The position numbers and the translations under genes are program-made. The notes under the pieces are model-generated. The model worked only from the letters and a program-made list of their open reading frames with translations, did no database searches and had not been told where the DNA came from. Shown here one piece after another: positions 17,078 to 26,684 of a DNA stretch of 60,368 nt (positions are counted from its first letter, which is position 1; each line of letters opens with the position of its first letter). The stretch spans positions 1-60,368 of the forward strand of contig CAZWRG010000004.1 of the NCBI GenBank assembly GCA_964636355.1, in the 5' to 3' direction. The stretch is from an uncultured Candidatus Saccharibacteria bacterium. GTDB lineage: Bacteria > Patescibacteriota > Saccharimonadia > Saccharimonadales > JAGQNK01.

Positions 17078-17665
17078 ATGCAAAGTATTGACCCCAGCAC
17101 ACTCTCACCGAGCGCCCGTCAGGCATTTAGGTTAATTGAGTTTGATGAAGACGAAAAGCTGCTGCTGGAAATTAGAAAACATCCCTTTGGATTATTTTTA
17201 ATCTACTTAATAGGTACTTTTGTGACGATCTCTATGTTGGTGGTGGCCGTTTTGGTGGTTATGTTCGCCGGCAGTAGCAGCAACTATGGCTATGACGCCT
17301 CATCACTGCAGCTACCAGTTATTTTAATTACCTTTATTTTGGCGGTTTTGTCATTGGTGATGACTGGAGTTGGCAGTTATTTGTATAAAACCAACGTCAT
17401 TTTAGTGACTTCTGACAAGCTAGCACAGCTGCTAAACAGAACAGTTTTTGATCGTAAGATTTCCCAGCTTAGTATTGGCGATGTTCAGGATGTGACTGTG
17501 GTTCAAAAGGGCGTTTTTGCGCATCTATTTAATTATGGAACGTTGGTTATTGAGACAGCCGGAGAGCAAGAGAACTATAATTTCACCTTTGCGCCGAACC
17601 CTTATGAAGCGGCCAAGATTATTGTTGGCGCTCACGAAAGCAACCTTAAGGAATACGGAAACTAG
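17078..17665 (+). CDS. Membrane protein with a bacterial PH (bPH_2/YdbS-YdbT-like) domain
   Basis: EDEKLLLEIRKHPFGLF is followed by two TM helices and a soluble beta-rich C-terminal domain. Confidence 0.55.
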   Translation: MQSIDPSTLSPSARQAFRLIEFDEDEKLLLEIRKHPFGLFLIYLIGTFVTISMLVVAVLVVMFAGSSSNYGYDASSLQLPVILITFILAVLSLVMTGVGSYLYKTNVILVTSDKLAQLLNRTVFDRKISQLSIGDVQDVTVVQKGVFAHLFNYGTLVIETAGEQENYNFTFAPNPYEAAKIIVGAHESNLKEYGN

Positions 17666-17667
17666 CT

Positions 17668-17973
17668 TTATTCAGCAAACGGATTCTGGCGCGCTTCGTT
17701 AAACAGTGTTTGAATCTGAATATTCTGATCTTCTAGCTGAAGCATTTTGTCGGCGGCTTTTTCATCAATTCTTGGCCGCTTAACGGCTTCCATTTTCTCA
17801 ATAATCGCTTCTTCACTAGGCTTACTGGCCGCCAAGCTATTAATCCGAACCAGGAAAAAACAATAAATTAGGGCAAATACGATGATGACTATAAGATTAA
17901 CGTGCTTGGCCAGTAGTCTAAACAGCGGAGATAACTTTTCTGGTAGGTTTTTTAGGTCTATGTTTAAATTCAT
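17668..17973 (-). CDS. Small single-pass membrane protein, last gene of the pilMNO operon (PilP-position, function unknown)
   Basis: 101 aa with TM helix LIVIIVFALIYCFFLV. Its start overlaps the pilO stop by 4 nt. Confidence 0.45.
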   Translation of the reverse strand: MNLNIDLKNLPEKLSPLFRLLAKHVNLIVIIVFALIYCFFLVRINSLAASKPSEEAIIEKMEAVKRPRIDEKAADKMLQLEDQNIQIQTLFNEARQNPFAE

Positions 17974-18590
17974 GGTTTTATAAACACCTTTATTTTCATA
18001 TTGAAACTCAAAATTAAAGGATTGTCAGCGCTAGGCGTAATACTCAGGCTACTAACTTGTGAGGTACGACGATTTGACTCCAGTTCTTTTAGGAAACGAA
18101 TAAGTTCTGGAAAGCCGGAAGAATCAGTGGCGTTTTGGATGATGATCTCCAGTTCGTAAACTCCATTCATGCCTTTGACGGGTTTTACTTGGCTGATAGC
18201 AGTTGATCCTGAGCTGGATTTGTCATCTTTTTTGGCGGTTGATTTTTGGCCTAAGTTTGAGGTTGGGAAAGATATGGTTCTGATTCTGATGTTTGATTTT
18301 TCAGCGAAACGAATGATCTCACGGACGGTCTTGGCCTGATCTTTATCCTGAGGAACAATTTGTTTAGCGATTTTTTCTAGCTCTTCGTACTTAGCGATAT
18401 TGGCTTTGGCTAGCGCAATGTCCTGTTTTTTGTTTTCTATAATTTCATTTTCAAGTTTCAGTTCGTTGAGCTTGTCGTTTTTAGTTGTTAGCATTTTGTT
18501 GCCTACAGCAATCGAAGCCACTGTCAGCCCAGCTAGCAAAATAACCGTACCAATCATCAGATAAAAGAAATTTTTGCTATCTAGTTTCAT
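17970..18590 (-). CDS. pilO: Type IV pilus assembly protein PilO
   Basis: N-terminal TM helix, a coiled coil and a ferredoxin-like C-terminus. It sits after pilN, with a 4-nt overlap. Confidence 0.7.
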   Translation of the reverse strand: MKLDSKNFFYLMIGTVILLAGLTVASIAVGNKMLTTKNDKLNELKLENEIIENKKQDIALAKANIAKYEELEKIAKQIVPQDKDQAKTVREIIRFAEKSNIRIRTISFPTSNLGQKSTAKKDDKSSSGSTAISQVKPVKGMNGVYELEIIIQNATDSSGFPELIRFLKELESNRRTSQVSSLSITPSADNPLILSFNMKIKVFIKP

Positions 18591-19192
18591 GATTCTTTAT
18601 CTCCAGTAGTTAGGAGTAGGAAAGGATTGTTATCTGCTTTGAACAAAGCTCGGTAGTTGGCTGTGCAGCCATATTGATTATCGGTTTGTGAATTTTCATC
18701 GGAGCAGGTGGTGGATACTAAATCGACCCTTTCAAACAACTTATTAGCCGGGTCTTCTAGGTTGACTTGAACTTGAGTTGCGGTTTGATGATCAATAACT
18801 TTGACTTGTAGATTTAGCCCGCCACTCAGCTGCTCAACACTGAGGTTAGCCAGCGATGCTCCGTTAGGCATGACCGCTCCGACTTGTTGCAAGACCTCAG
18901 AAAATAAGACCTGCTGAGACAGCACCTGAGTGGCTAGTTTGAAGCTGTTGCTCATTTCTTCTACTCGTTTTTGAGTTTCTTCGATTTTTAATGTCTTTAG
19001 TTCTTGTTGGCCTTGGTCAACTTGTTGGCTGATTTGCTTAGTGGTTTGGTCTATGTAAAACAGCCCAAATAAAATGACGATTAAAATTCCTGCCAGCCCA
19101 ATTGAAATAGCAACTATCCATTTCAGCAATATCTTGCTGTGCCTGGCGTGCATAATGTTTTGACGGGTTTCTGGTGGCAGTAAGTTTATCAT
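18587..19192 (-). CDS. pilN: Type IV pilus assembly protein PilN
   Basis: The MINLLPPETRQ N-terminal motif followed by a TM helix. It overlaps pilM by 4 nt. Confidence 0.8.
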   Translation of the reverse strand: MINLLPPETRQNIMHARHSKILLKWIVAISIGLAGILIVILFGLFYIDQTTKQISQQVDQGQQELKTLKIEETQKRVEEMSNSFKLATQVLSQQVLFSEVLQQVGAVMPNGASLANLSVEQLSGGLNLQVKVIDHQTATQVQVNLEDPANKLFERVDLVSTTCSDENSQTDNQYGCTANYRALFKADNNPFLLLTTGDKES

Positions 19193-20262
19193 TGCTTGAA
19201 TATTTCCTTAGGGTCCATAAATGATAAGCCGGCAACTGTTACGTACATTGATTTTTCGGTGTTGTTGGGTGGCTGAAGGCCTGCAAAATTAAGCTGTTGC
19301 CAAGGGTCACACATTCTAACAGGCAGCCGGAGTGTGCTGGTTAGGTGTTCTGATAGGCCTGGCATATTTGCGCCGCCGCCCATGGTGACAATTTGCCGGA
19401 TTTTATCATTGGTGGTTGTTCGCTCTTCGTAGTATCTAACCATTCGCCGAATTTCTTTGCTTAGCTGATTGATGATTGGATCCAGGCATTCGGTAATTTC
19501 CTTCTGTTTTTTGCTGAGCCCCAGACCATACTTGGTTTTTATGATGTGTGCTTCTTGCTTGGAGACGTTCAGTTTGCTGGCGATTGCATTAGTGAAGCTA
19601 TCGCCGCCGCCCGGAACGGTCCCGGTTACAATCAGAGTTTTATCATATACAGTTAGATCCGATGACAAAGAGCCAAGGTCGATTAACACCGTCGGAACAT
19701 CACTCTGCTCGGCTTGCACAAACAGCCGGCTGGAGGCCGCGATAGTAGTTTCAATGGCGACTGGTTCTAAGCCAAGCAGCCGAGCGTAGGTTAAGTAAGA
19801 ATCAACGATTTTTCGAGGAGCGGCCACAACCAATAATTCGATTCCTTTATCAGTATTTGAAATAATTGAATAATCAACATACAGCTCATCGATTGGCATA
19901 GGAACATACTGTTCAGTTTCCAGCCGCACAGCGTCCGGAATGTCTTTTTTCTTCATCTTGGGCAGCGTCATGGTGCGGTTGAATGCCCGGTTGGCTGGAA
20001 TCGCCAAAGCCACCCGCCGAGTGGTTATTTGACCGACCAATCTTTTTTTAAATAGTTCATTAGTCGCTTTAGCCAGCGCTTCAGGGTCAATGATTATGCC
20101 GTCTTTTATAGCCTCTGGCTGGAAGTTCGCCACTCCATAGCCAACAACCCGTTTTTTGTTGTTCTGGCTGACCGTCTGCATGACCTTAAGATTATTAAAG
20201 CCAATATCTAGGCCAAACAAAGGCTTGTCGTGGTAAAGAAGATTTTCAGGATCTGTTTTCAT
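19189..20262 (-). CDS. pilM: Type IV pilus assembly ATPase-like protein PilM
   Basis: Actin-like fold motifs FGLDIGFNNLKV and TMGGGANMPGL; 357 aa. Confidence 0.88.
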   Translation of the reverse strand: MKTDPENLLYHDKPLFGLDIGFNNLKVMQTVSQNNKKRVVGYGVANFQPEAIKDGIIIDPEALAKATNELFKKRLVGQITTRRVALAIPANRAFNRTMTLPKMKKKDIPDAVRLETEQYVPMPIDELYVDYSIISNTDKGIELLVVAAPRKIVDSYLTYARLLGLEPVAIETTIAASSRLFVQAEQSDVPTVLIDLGSLSSDLTVYDKTLIVTGTVPGGGDSFTNAIASKLNVSKQEAHIIKTKYGLGLSKKQKEITECLDPIINQLSKEIRRMVRYYEERTTTNDKIRQIVTMGGGANMPGLSEHLTSTLRLPVRMCDPWQQLNFAGLQPPNNTEKSMYVTVAGLSFMDPKEIFKQ

Positions 20263-20346
20263 ATTCGCCCACCAAAGCGTAAGCTTTATCTTTAATACTA
20301 TATCATAGGCTCTAGTGATTGCGGTTATGTATAATAGAGTTTAAGT

Positions 20347-20739
20347 ATGCTCAAGAAACAGGCTGGCTTTACTCTTGTTGAATTGGCGGTTGCTATCGTT
20401 GTAATCGGTATAGTGGGCGCCAGTATAACCTCTTTGTATCTTGGTATTCAGCAGCGTCAGATGGCTAATGGCTACAAGGAAAGTGCGCTTCGGGCGGCCC
20501 ATACCAAGATCGAATCACTTAGAAACAGAAATTATAATAACTTGGTGGTTGGCGAAGATATAGATTTTACGAGCGAACTGCCCGACGAATTGCCGTCAAA
20601 TAAAAATGCTGTAGCGGCGGTGTCCGAGCCAAGTCCAGGGTTGAAGCGGGTTGACGTTACAGTTAGTTACGAATTTGAGGGTCGAGATCGGACGGTTAAA
20701 CTCAGTTCATTAATTGGCGTGATTGGTATAACTCAATGA
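20347..20739 (+). CDS. Minor (pseudo)pilin with a prepilin N-terminal methylation motif
   Basis: KKQAG/FTLVELAVAIVVIGIV class III signal. Confidence 0.8.
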   Translation: MLKKQAGFTLVELAVAIVVIGIVGASITSLYLGIQQRQMANGYKESALRAAHTKIESLRNRNYNNLVVGEDIDFTSELPDELPSNKNAVAAVSEPSPGLKRVDVTVSYEFEGRDRTVKLSSLIGVIGITQ

Positions 20740-21404
20740 AAAAACTTCACAGCCACGGGTTTACACTTACAGAAGTACTAATCACCCTTGTAGTTACCAG
20801 CATTGTAATGACAGTGTTGTTGGCGCTGGTGATGAACGGCATTGTAAATTACGGTCGCGCAGAGGCCAGGGCAAGTTTACAGGCCGAGGTTCAAACCGCC
20901 CTGGATATAGTCAGCACCGACATTCGATTGTCGGGTTCCGTTGATCAAAATAATCGCTGGCCCGATGAGCATGCACCTGACGCGCCGGCAGATTTGTTTA
21001 GCTGGGAGTCGAATAATCATCAGGTAATCTTAGCGACGGCTGCCGAAGATAGTCAAAGAAATATTTTATTTGCTGATCCGGCGCAATATATAAGCCACAA
21101 AAATAACACGATTTATTTTGTGAGTGATGGGGTTTTATTCAAGCGAGTATTGGCCTCTGATGCAGATGGTAATTCTGCTTTAACTTCATGTCCGGCTGAT
21201 CAGTCAAACCCAGAATGTCCGGCCGATAAAGCTATGCTGCATAACGTCACTGACTTTCAGGTCAGGTATTTTGACAGCGAAGACAATCAAGTTGCGGCGC
21301 CTAATGCCCGCTCCGTAGAGATTGAGCTTGCGGCCACAATTAAGAAGTATGGTCATGACATAAAAATCAATCATATAGCAAGGACGGTGTTTAGAAATGA
21401 CTAA
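20736..21404 (+). CDS. Minor pilin (PilW-like) with a prepilin N-terminal motif
   Basis: HSHG/FTLTEVLITLVVTSIV. It is overlap-coupled to the flanking pilin genes. Confidence 0.75.
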   Translation: MKKLHSHGFTLTEVLITLVVTSIVMTVLLALVMNGIVNYGRAEARASLQAEVQTALDIVSTDIRLSGSVDQNNRWPDEHAPDAPADLFSWESNNHQVILATAAEDSQRNILFADPAQYISHKNNTIYFVSDGVLFKRVLASDADGNSALTSCPADQSNPECPADKAMLHNVTDFQVRYFDSEDNQVAAPNARSVEIELAATIKKYGHDIKINHIARTVFRND

Positions 21405-22809
21405 TGTAAACACAAAAGTAAAAAATCAGCATGGCGTAATTGTTCCAACGCTACTGATAATTGCCGTGGCATTTATGGTTATTGGCACGGCGTTGCTTAG
21501 CTTTGTGCTGAGCCAATCAACTGTCACGGCGGTCAATGTTTATGGCACCAATGCGCTGATGGTAGCTGAGGCTGGAGTTGAGCAAAGTTTATACGAGCTC
21601 AATAATGATTCAGATTTTGAGGGTTTTAGTGATAATCAGGAATTCATCAATGACCCTGATCAAGGCTATGCGGTTTATCGCTCTTCAATTGCTGATGCTC
21701 CGGATGGCGAAGCCAAGATTATAACTTCGATTGCTGAAGTTTATCGCAAAGTCGGCGACGAACAGCCAATCAGCACCAGAGCAATAAAGGCGACGGTTGT
21801 TGGCACTGGTTCGCCTGGCTATTCAGTTCACACTGGTCCTGGCGGCTTGCTGCTCAGCGGCAGTGCCAATATTTCAAACTCTGATGTGTATGTTAATGGA
21901 TATATTCAGCTTAGCGGGGCCGCCAAAATTGGAACCCATAGCAACCCCGTCGAGGTTAAAGTGGCGAACCAGCGTTGCCCGTCTGGCAATAATCCGGGGC
22001 CAACCTATCCTTCGGTTTGCAGCATAGGCGAGCCAATATCGTTAGCTCATAGCACTAATATTTTTGGAACTGTGTGCGCGACTGGTCAAGTCAGCGTAGG
22101 TCCAAATAATAACATTAGCGGCGGTAGCAGCGGGCTAGGGTTGCAGCCCGGCTGTGTGGCGCCGCCTGTTTCGCCTCCAGGTTATAATCGTGCGGCGCAC
22201 ATTTCCAGAGTTACGACAACCGGCTCTGGTAACAGTAATTCTTATGTTTGTAATAATTGGCCGTTTGAGCGCACCTGGCCAGCTGATTTGTCGCTAACTG
22301 GCAATGTTAATATCGGTGGAAGTTGCGATATTGCTATCAGCGGCGATGTTTATATAACTGGTAATTTAAATATTGGCGGCGCAGCTCGTATTCGAGTGGA
22401 TGATTCGGTGGGCGCTGAGCGGCCGACAATAATCGTTGACGGAAATATAGACGTGGGCGGTTCAGCTCAAATTATTGCAAATTCACAGGGAACAGGTATT
22501 CATTTTATTAGCTTTAAGACCAATGCCGGCTGTAACCCAAACTGCACTAACCTAACTGGCAATGAGCTTAAGAATTCTCAGAATCTATTAACTGTTGATG
22601 TCGGCGGCGCCGTCAATTTGCCGGGAATAATCTTCCAATCATATTGGGGCAGGGTTAGATTAGCCGGCAGTGGTAACTTAGGCTCGGCAATCGGCCAAAC
22701 AGTTGACCTTAACGGCGCTGGAACAGTTACTTTTGGTACAGCTTTGTCATCTGGCGAGAGCACTTGGAGCATCACCAGCTATCAACAAATATTCACCGAT
22801 GAATTATAA
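21397..22809 (+). CDS. Large PilX-N-like minor pilin / putative pilus-tip protein with beta-helix-like Gly/Asn repeats
   Basis: Hydrophobic N-terminal helix GVIVPTLLIIAVAFMVIGTALL, then repeats such as GSANISNSDVYVNGYIQLSGAAKIG and GNVNIGGSCDIAISGDVYITGNLNIGG. Confidence 0.55.
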   Translation: MTNVNTKVKNQHGVIVPTLLIIAVAFMVIGTALLSFVLSQSTVTAVNVYGTNALMVAEAGVEQSLYELNNDSDFEGFSDNQEFINDPDQGYAVYRSSIADAPDGEAKIITSIAEVYRKVGDEQPISTRAIKATVVGTGSPGYSVHTGPGGLLLSGSANISNSDVYVNGYIQLSGAAKIGTHSNPVEVKVANQRCPSGNNPGPTYPSVCSIGEPISLAHSTNIFGTVCATGQVSVGPNNNISGGSSGLGLQPGCVAPPVSPPGYNRAAHISRVTTTGSGNSNSYVCNNWPFERTWPADLSLTGNVNIGGSCDIAISGDVYITGNLNIGGAARIRVDDSVGAERPTIIVDGNIDVGGSAQIIANSQGTGIHFISFKTNAGCNPNCTNLTGNELKNSQNLLTVDVGGAVNLPGIIFQSYWGRVRLAGSGNLGSAIGQTVDLNGAGTVTFGTALSSGESTWSITSYQQIFTDEL

Positions 22810-22922
22810 AAGGCTTATAAAACTGAGCAGGTGGCTGGCGGGTTATTGATTGCCTGGTTTAAAGCTGGGCTTTATAAGCTTGGTAACTTATCTGTATTTG
22901 GATGATAATTTTATGTGGAAAT

Positions 22923-22954
22923 AAAAACCGGCTGATTTTTCAGCCGGTTTTTTT
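22923..22954. terminator. Bidirectional rho-independent terminator between convergent 21397..22809 and pilA
   Basis: AAAAACCGGCTGA-TTTT-TCAGCCGGTTTTTTT: a perfect stem flanked by an A-run and a T-run. Confidence 0.85.
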
Positions 22955-22970
22955 AAGGACCTTACTAAGA

Positions 22971-23420
22971 TTAGTTTAGAGCGGTCTTTACGTAGTCGTC
23001 TGCGTCTTCCAGTACGGCTGTAAGCGTGTACTTAGTACAGTCAACACCCTCGTTATTACAAGCCTCATCATCATCGCCAGTAACAGCATATGAATAAGCG
23101 TTAGCGGTTCGAGTGGCTACTATAGTGTTGTTGTCACCTCTAGGATCTTGCAGGGCACCTTCGTCGAGTCCCTTCATGAACTCACTTCGCCAAGATTCAG
23201 TGTTGAGGTTGTCCAGAGTTGGATAACGACCTTCTTGAGCGAAGTAGGCTTCTACTTGGCCATGGATTGCTTTGATGTCGGTTTCACGTTCGGTGTTTCT
23301 AGCGCGACGCTGAATACCAGTGAAAGTTGTTATTACCAATGCAGCCAAAATACCGATGACCACAATGACAATTAGAAGTTCTACAATTGTAAAACCTTGT
23401 TGTTTGGTTTTAAGAGTCAT
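22971..23420 (-). CDS. pilA: Major type IV pilin PilA
   Basis: MTLKTKQQG/FTIVELLIVIVVIGILAAL, 149 aa. It has a strong SD (AAGGAGGG) and its own promoter. Confidence 0.9.
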   Translation of the reverse strand: MTLKTKQQGFTIVELLIVIVVIGILAALVITTFTGIQRRARNTERETDIKAIHGQVEAYFAQEGRYPTLDNLNTESWRSEFMKGLDEGALQDPRGDNNTIVATRTANAYSYAVTGDDDEACNNEGVDCTKYTLTAVLEDADDYVKTALN

Positions 23421-23493
23421 AAGGGACCCACCCTCCTTATTATTTTGTAACTTTTTACTGTTGATTCCCCGCGAAAGCGGGTATCTGACATCG

Positions 23494-23521
23494 ATTATAG
23501 CCTTAAGCGGTATATTTGCAA
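23494..23521 (-). promoter_or_regulatory. Sigma-70-type promoter of pilA
   Basis: Minus strand reads TTGCAA, a 16-nt spacer, then TATAAT. A 5'-UTR hairpin CCCGCTTTCGCGGG follows. Confidence 0.6.
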
Positions 23522-23530
23522 GAATTTTAA

Positions 23531-24742
23531 CTATTCAATTTCGGTACTTAAGGAGGAGATTGGGCCCATAACACTGGCGGCAATCAGACCGACCATACCA
23601 CCCAAAACCACGATCATTAGCGGCTCGATCAGCGAACTAAGTCCATCAATGGTGGCTTCAACCTCTTCTTCATAGAAGTCGGCAACTTTAATTAAAATCG
23701 TGTCAATTTGCCCAGTCTCCTCGCCGATTGCCAGCATTTGGGCAACAATCGGCGGGAAGTGCTTACTGGTGCTTAGAGGTTCGCTTAGTTGTTTGCCGTT
23801 TTTGACCTGTTTAGCCACTTCTTTTAGCTCTTCTTCGATGACTTTATTGCCAATGGCGCCGCCAGTGACTCTCAGAGCATCTAAAACCGACACGCCGGAA
23901 GACATTAGTGAAGCAAAAGTTCTGGCAAAGCGGGCAATCGCAATTTTGACGATCAGATGTTTAATGATCGGGATTTTAAGCAGCAGTGAGTGAAATTTAT
24001 ACTTCCCGGAAGGTGTTCTTATATAGCGGCGAATCAGATAAATCGCTCCAAACAGTACCACGAAAATTATAACCGCGTTTTGCTGCATGAAGTCGCTGAT
24101 GCCAAGCATTATTTCGGTGTAAATTGGCAGGCTGGCATCCTCGCCGCCCATGTCTTTAATAATGGCGCCAAGCTTAGGAATGACAAACATCATAATTCCA
24201 AAAAAGGCTAAAATTGTGATGCCAAAAATCACTGTTGGATACATTGAGGCGCTTTTAATTTTTTTGCGCATGGTGGCTTCTTGTTCTACCTGGTTGGCTA
24301 GTCTTTTAAGGATTTCATCCAAGATTCCGCCTGCTTCGCCAGCGTGAACCATATTAACGTAAGTTTCAGAAAAAACATTGGGATATTTGGCGATGGCATC
24401 GCCCAGCGCCATGCCGCCTTCGATATCTTTGGTGACTCCGCCAACGACCTGTTTGAAATATTTGCTATCGGTTTGCTCCTGGAGTGTTGAAAGCCCGCGG
24501 GTCAATGGGACACCTGCCGATATCATAGTTGATAACTGACGGGTAAAAATCACCAGATCTTTATGTTTTACTTTTTTACCGCGCTTTAGTTTGCTGCTGC
24601 TGGTTTTGTTATCGACTTTTATAACTACCGGTTTGGCTCCTTGTTTGGCTAAAATCGCAATCAGAGCTTCACGGCTGGCTGCTTCGGCCGAGCCTTGAAT
24701 GGTTTTTCCTTCTTGAGTGGTGGCGGTGTAAGTAAATCTCAT
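23531..24742 (-). CDS. pilC: Type IV pilus platform protein PilC (GspF family)
   Basis: 403 aa with duplicated T2SSF domains (FTRQLSTMISAGVPL and FARTFASLMSSGVSVLDAL). Confidence 0.93.
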   Translation of the reverse strand: MRFTYTATTQEGKTIQGSAEAASREALIAILAKQGAKPVVIKVDNKTSSSKLKRGKKVKHKDLVIFTRQLSTMISAGVPLTRGLSTLQEQTDSKYFKQVVGGVTKDIEGGMALGDAIAKYPNVFSETYVNMVHAGEAGGILDEILKRLANQVEQEATMRKKIKSASMYPTVIFGITILAFFGIMMFVIPKLGAIIKDMGGEDASLPIYTEIMLGISDFMQQNAVIIFVVLFGAIYLIRRYIRTPSGKYKFHSLLLKIPIIKHLIVKIAIARFARTFASLMSSGVSVLDALRVTGGAIGNKVIEEELKEVAKQVKNGKQLSEPLSTSKHFPPIVAQMLAIGEETGQIDTILIKVADFYEEEVEATIDGLSSLIEPLMIVVLGGMVGLIAASVMGPISSLSTEIE

Positions 24743-24748
24743 AATTTT

Positions 24749-26563
24749 TTATTTATCGGCGGTTACGCGCAGTATTTCCTCTAGCGTGGTTTGTCCGCGG
24801 AGGGCTTTTATGAATCCATCAATCTGCATAGTTATCATACCTTCTTTTATGGCTTGAGTTTGGATAACTTCACTGGTGCCGCTGGTAACAATAAGTTTTT
24901 GAATGTCCGGAGAGTTGTACAGCACTTCATAAATTCCCATTCGGCCTTTGTAGCCGATGTTTCCGCAGTTTTCGCAGCCACCGTCGCGAGCTTTATAGAG
25001 CTTGGTTATTTTGGTTTCGGTGGTTGAGAGTTTACTGATGTCAACCTTGCCTTTCCCGGCGTTGGCTTTGCCGATACCGCCTTCCAGGGCTTGTTTTTCG
25101 AGGTCGTGAAGTCGTTTCATGACATGAGTATCATCAGTTTTGAAAATCTCGGCTATTTGCTTGAGGTTGGCCGGATCAGGGGTAACTTCTTCGCGGCAAT
25201 CAACACACAGTCGCCGAACAAGTCGTTGTCCAACCACGGCTCTGACAGTGCTGGCAATCAAAAACGGCTCAATTGCCATATCTAAAAGCCTGGGCAAGCA
25301 AGTGGCGGCGTTGTTAGTGTGCAGGGTGGCAAAAACCAAGTGGCCGGTTAGGGCTGCTTGAACACCCAGCCCGGCGGTTTCTGAATCACGAATCTCACCA
25401 ACCATAATAATATTTGGGTCCTGACGGAGCAGAGCGCGAAGGCCAGCCGCAAAAGTCATGCCAGCTTTGGGATTAACTTGAGTTTGATTGGCGCCCTGAA
25501 TTTTGTATTCAACTGGATCCTCAATTGTCGAGATGTTAACACTGGGCTTATTTAAAATGCTAAGCGCGCTAAAAAGACTGGTTGATTTGCCTGATCCTGT
25601 TGGTCCAGTGACTAAAATCATACCGTGCGGTTGGGCAATGGCGTTATTAATGGCCTCTAATGAATGACCCCAATAGCCGAGTTCTTCCAAGCTGGCGGCC
25701 TTGCTTGATTCATCCAATATACGCATAACCACTTTTTCACCTTCGGCGATTGGCAGAGTAGAAACACGCAGTGCGTAAACTGCCGAGCCAATCTGAATCT
25801 TGAATCGTCCATCTTGCGGCGCTCGACGTTCATCAATCTTTAAGTTAGCCAGGATTTTGATTCGTGAAATCAGAGCGTTATGAACTTTTTTAGGAAGTTT
25901 ATTGGCTTCTCTTAGCACGCCGTCAACCCGGTAGCGAACAGAAGTATAAGCCTCGCGGGGTTCAATGTGGATGTCGCTGGCGCTGCTTCTGATTGCATAC
26001 TCGATTAATAAATTTACGGTCTGGGCAATTGGCGAATCTTCGGCCAGGTCTTCTTCATCGATGTCCTCATCGGCCTCTGAATCTTCCATGTCTTCGGCGG
26101 TCACTACTTTTGTCAGATCGCTGCTAACTCCATCACGGTATTGATCAAGCGCGGCCTGAATATTGGTATTTGTTGCGACGTGAATTTTAATCTGTTCTCC
26201 CAGTTGTTTTTGCAGGAAGTTTACGGCCTGGATATCGTCCGGATCGGCCATCGCTAGCAGTTTGGTGCCATCCTCCTCGACGCCAAATAACACCACGCTA
26301 TATTGCTTGGCGATTCGCTCCGGAATCAGTTTTAGAATCTCGCGTTTTATTTCTTTGGCGTTTATCTCTATAAACGGAACGTCGATTTCCTCGGAGTAGA
26401 GCTTGGTTAATTCTTTCTCAGAGATGATGCCGTTTATGACCACCAAATCCTGCAGCGGTTTTTTCTCGGCCTTTTCTTGCTCACGCAAATTAGTTAGCTG
26501 TTCGGCCTTTATTTTATTGGCTGCGGTAAGCAGTTTCTCCACCAATGAATCTGATATTCGCAT
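24749..26563 (-). CDS. pilB: Type IV pilus assembly ATPase PilB (GspE family) with an N-terminal T2SSE_N domain
   Basis: Walker A GPTGSGKST, Asp box, MVGEIRD, and a tetracysteine motif CVDC...CENCG; 604 aa. Confidence 0.95.
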   Translation of the reverse strand: MRISDSLVEKLLTAANKIKAEQLTNLREQEKAEKKPLQDLVVINGIISEKELTKLYSEEIDVPFIEINAKEIKREILKLIPERIAKQYSVVLFGVEEDGTKLLAMADPDDIQAVNFLQKQLGEQIKIHVATNTNIQAALDQYRDGVSSDLTKVVTAEDMEDSEADEDIDEEDLAEDSPIAQTVNLLIEYAIRSSASDIHIEPREAYTSVRYRVDGVLREANKLPKKVHNALISRIKILANLKIDERRAPQDGRFKIQIGSAVYALRVSTLPIAEGEKVVMRILDESSKAASLEELGYWGHSLEAINNAIAQPHGMILVTGPTGSGKSTSLFSALSILNKPSVNISTIEDPVEYKIQGANQTQVNPKAGMTFAAGLRALLRQDPNIIMVGEIRDSETAGLGVQAALTGHLVFATLHTNNAATCLPRLLDMAIEPFLIASTVRAVVGQRLVRRLCVDCREEVTPDPANLKQIAEIFKTDDTHVMKRLHDLEKQALEGGIGKANAGKGKVDISKLSTTETKITKLYKARDGGCENCGNIGYKGRMGIYEVLYNSPDIQKLIVTSGTSEVIQTQAIKEGMITMQIDGFIKALRGQTTLEEILRVTADK

Positions 26564-26684
26564 AGTTGCTATACATTATAGGTAAGCCATAAGCAAAATA
26601 AAACTAGATAATATTTTATAAGGCAAACATCCACGGTGATTTTGATATAATAGATAAGAAGTAACTCGTGGAAGGGGTATAAAT

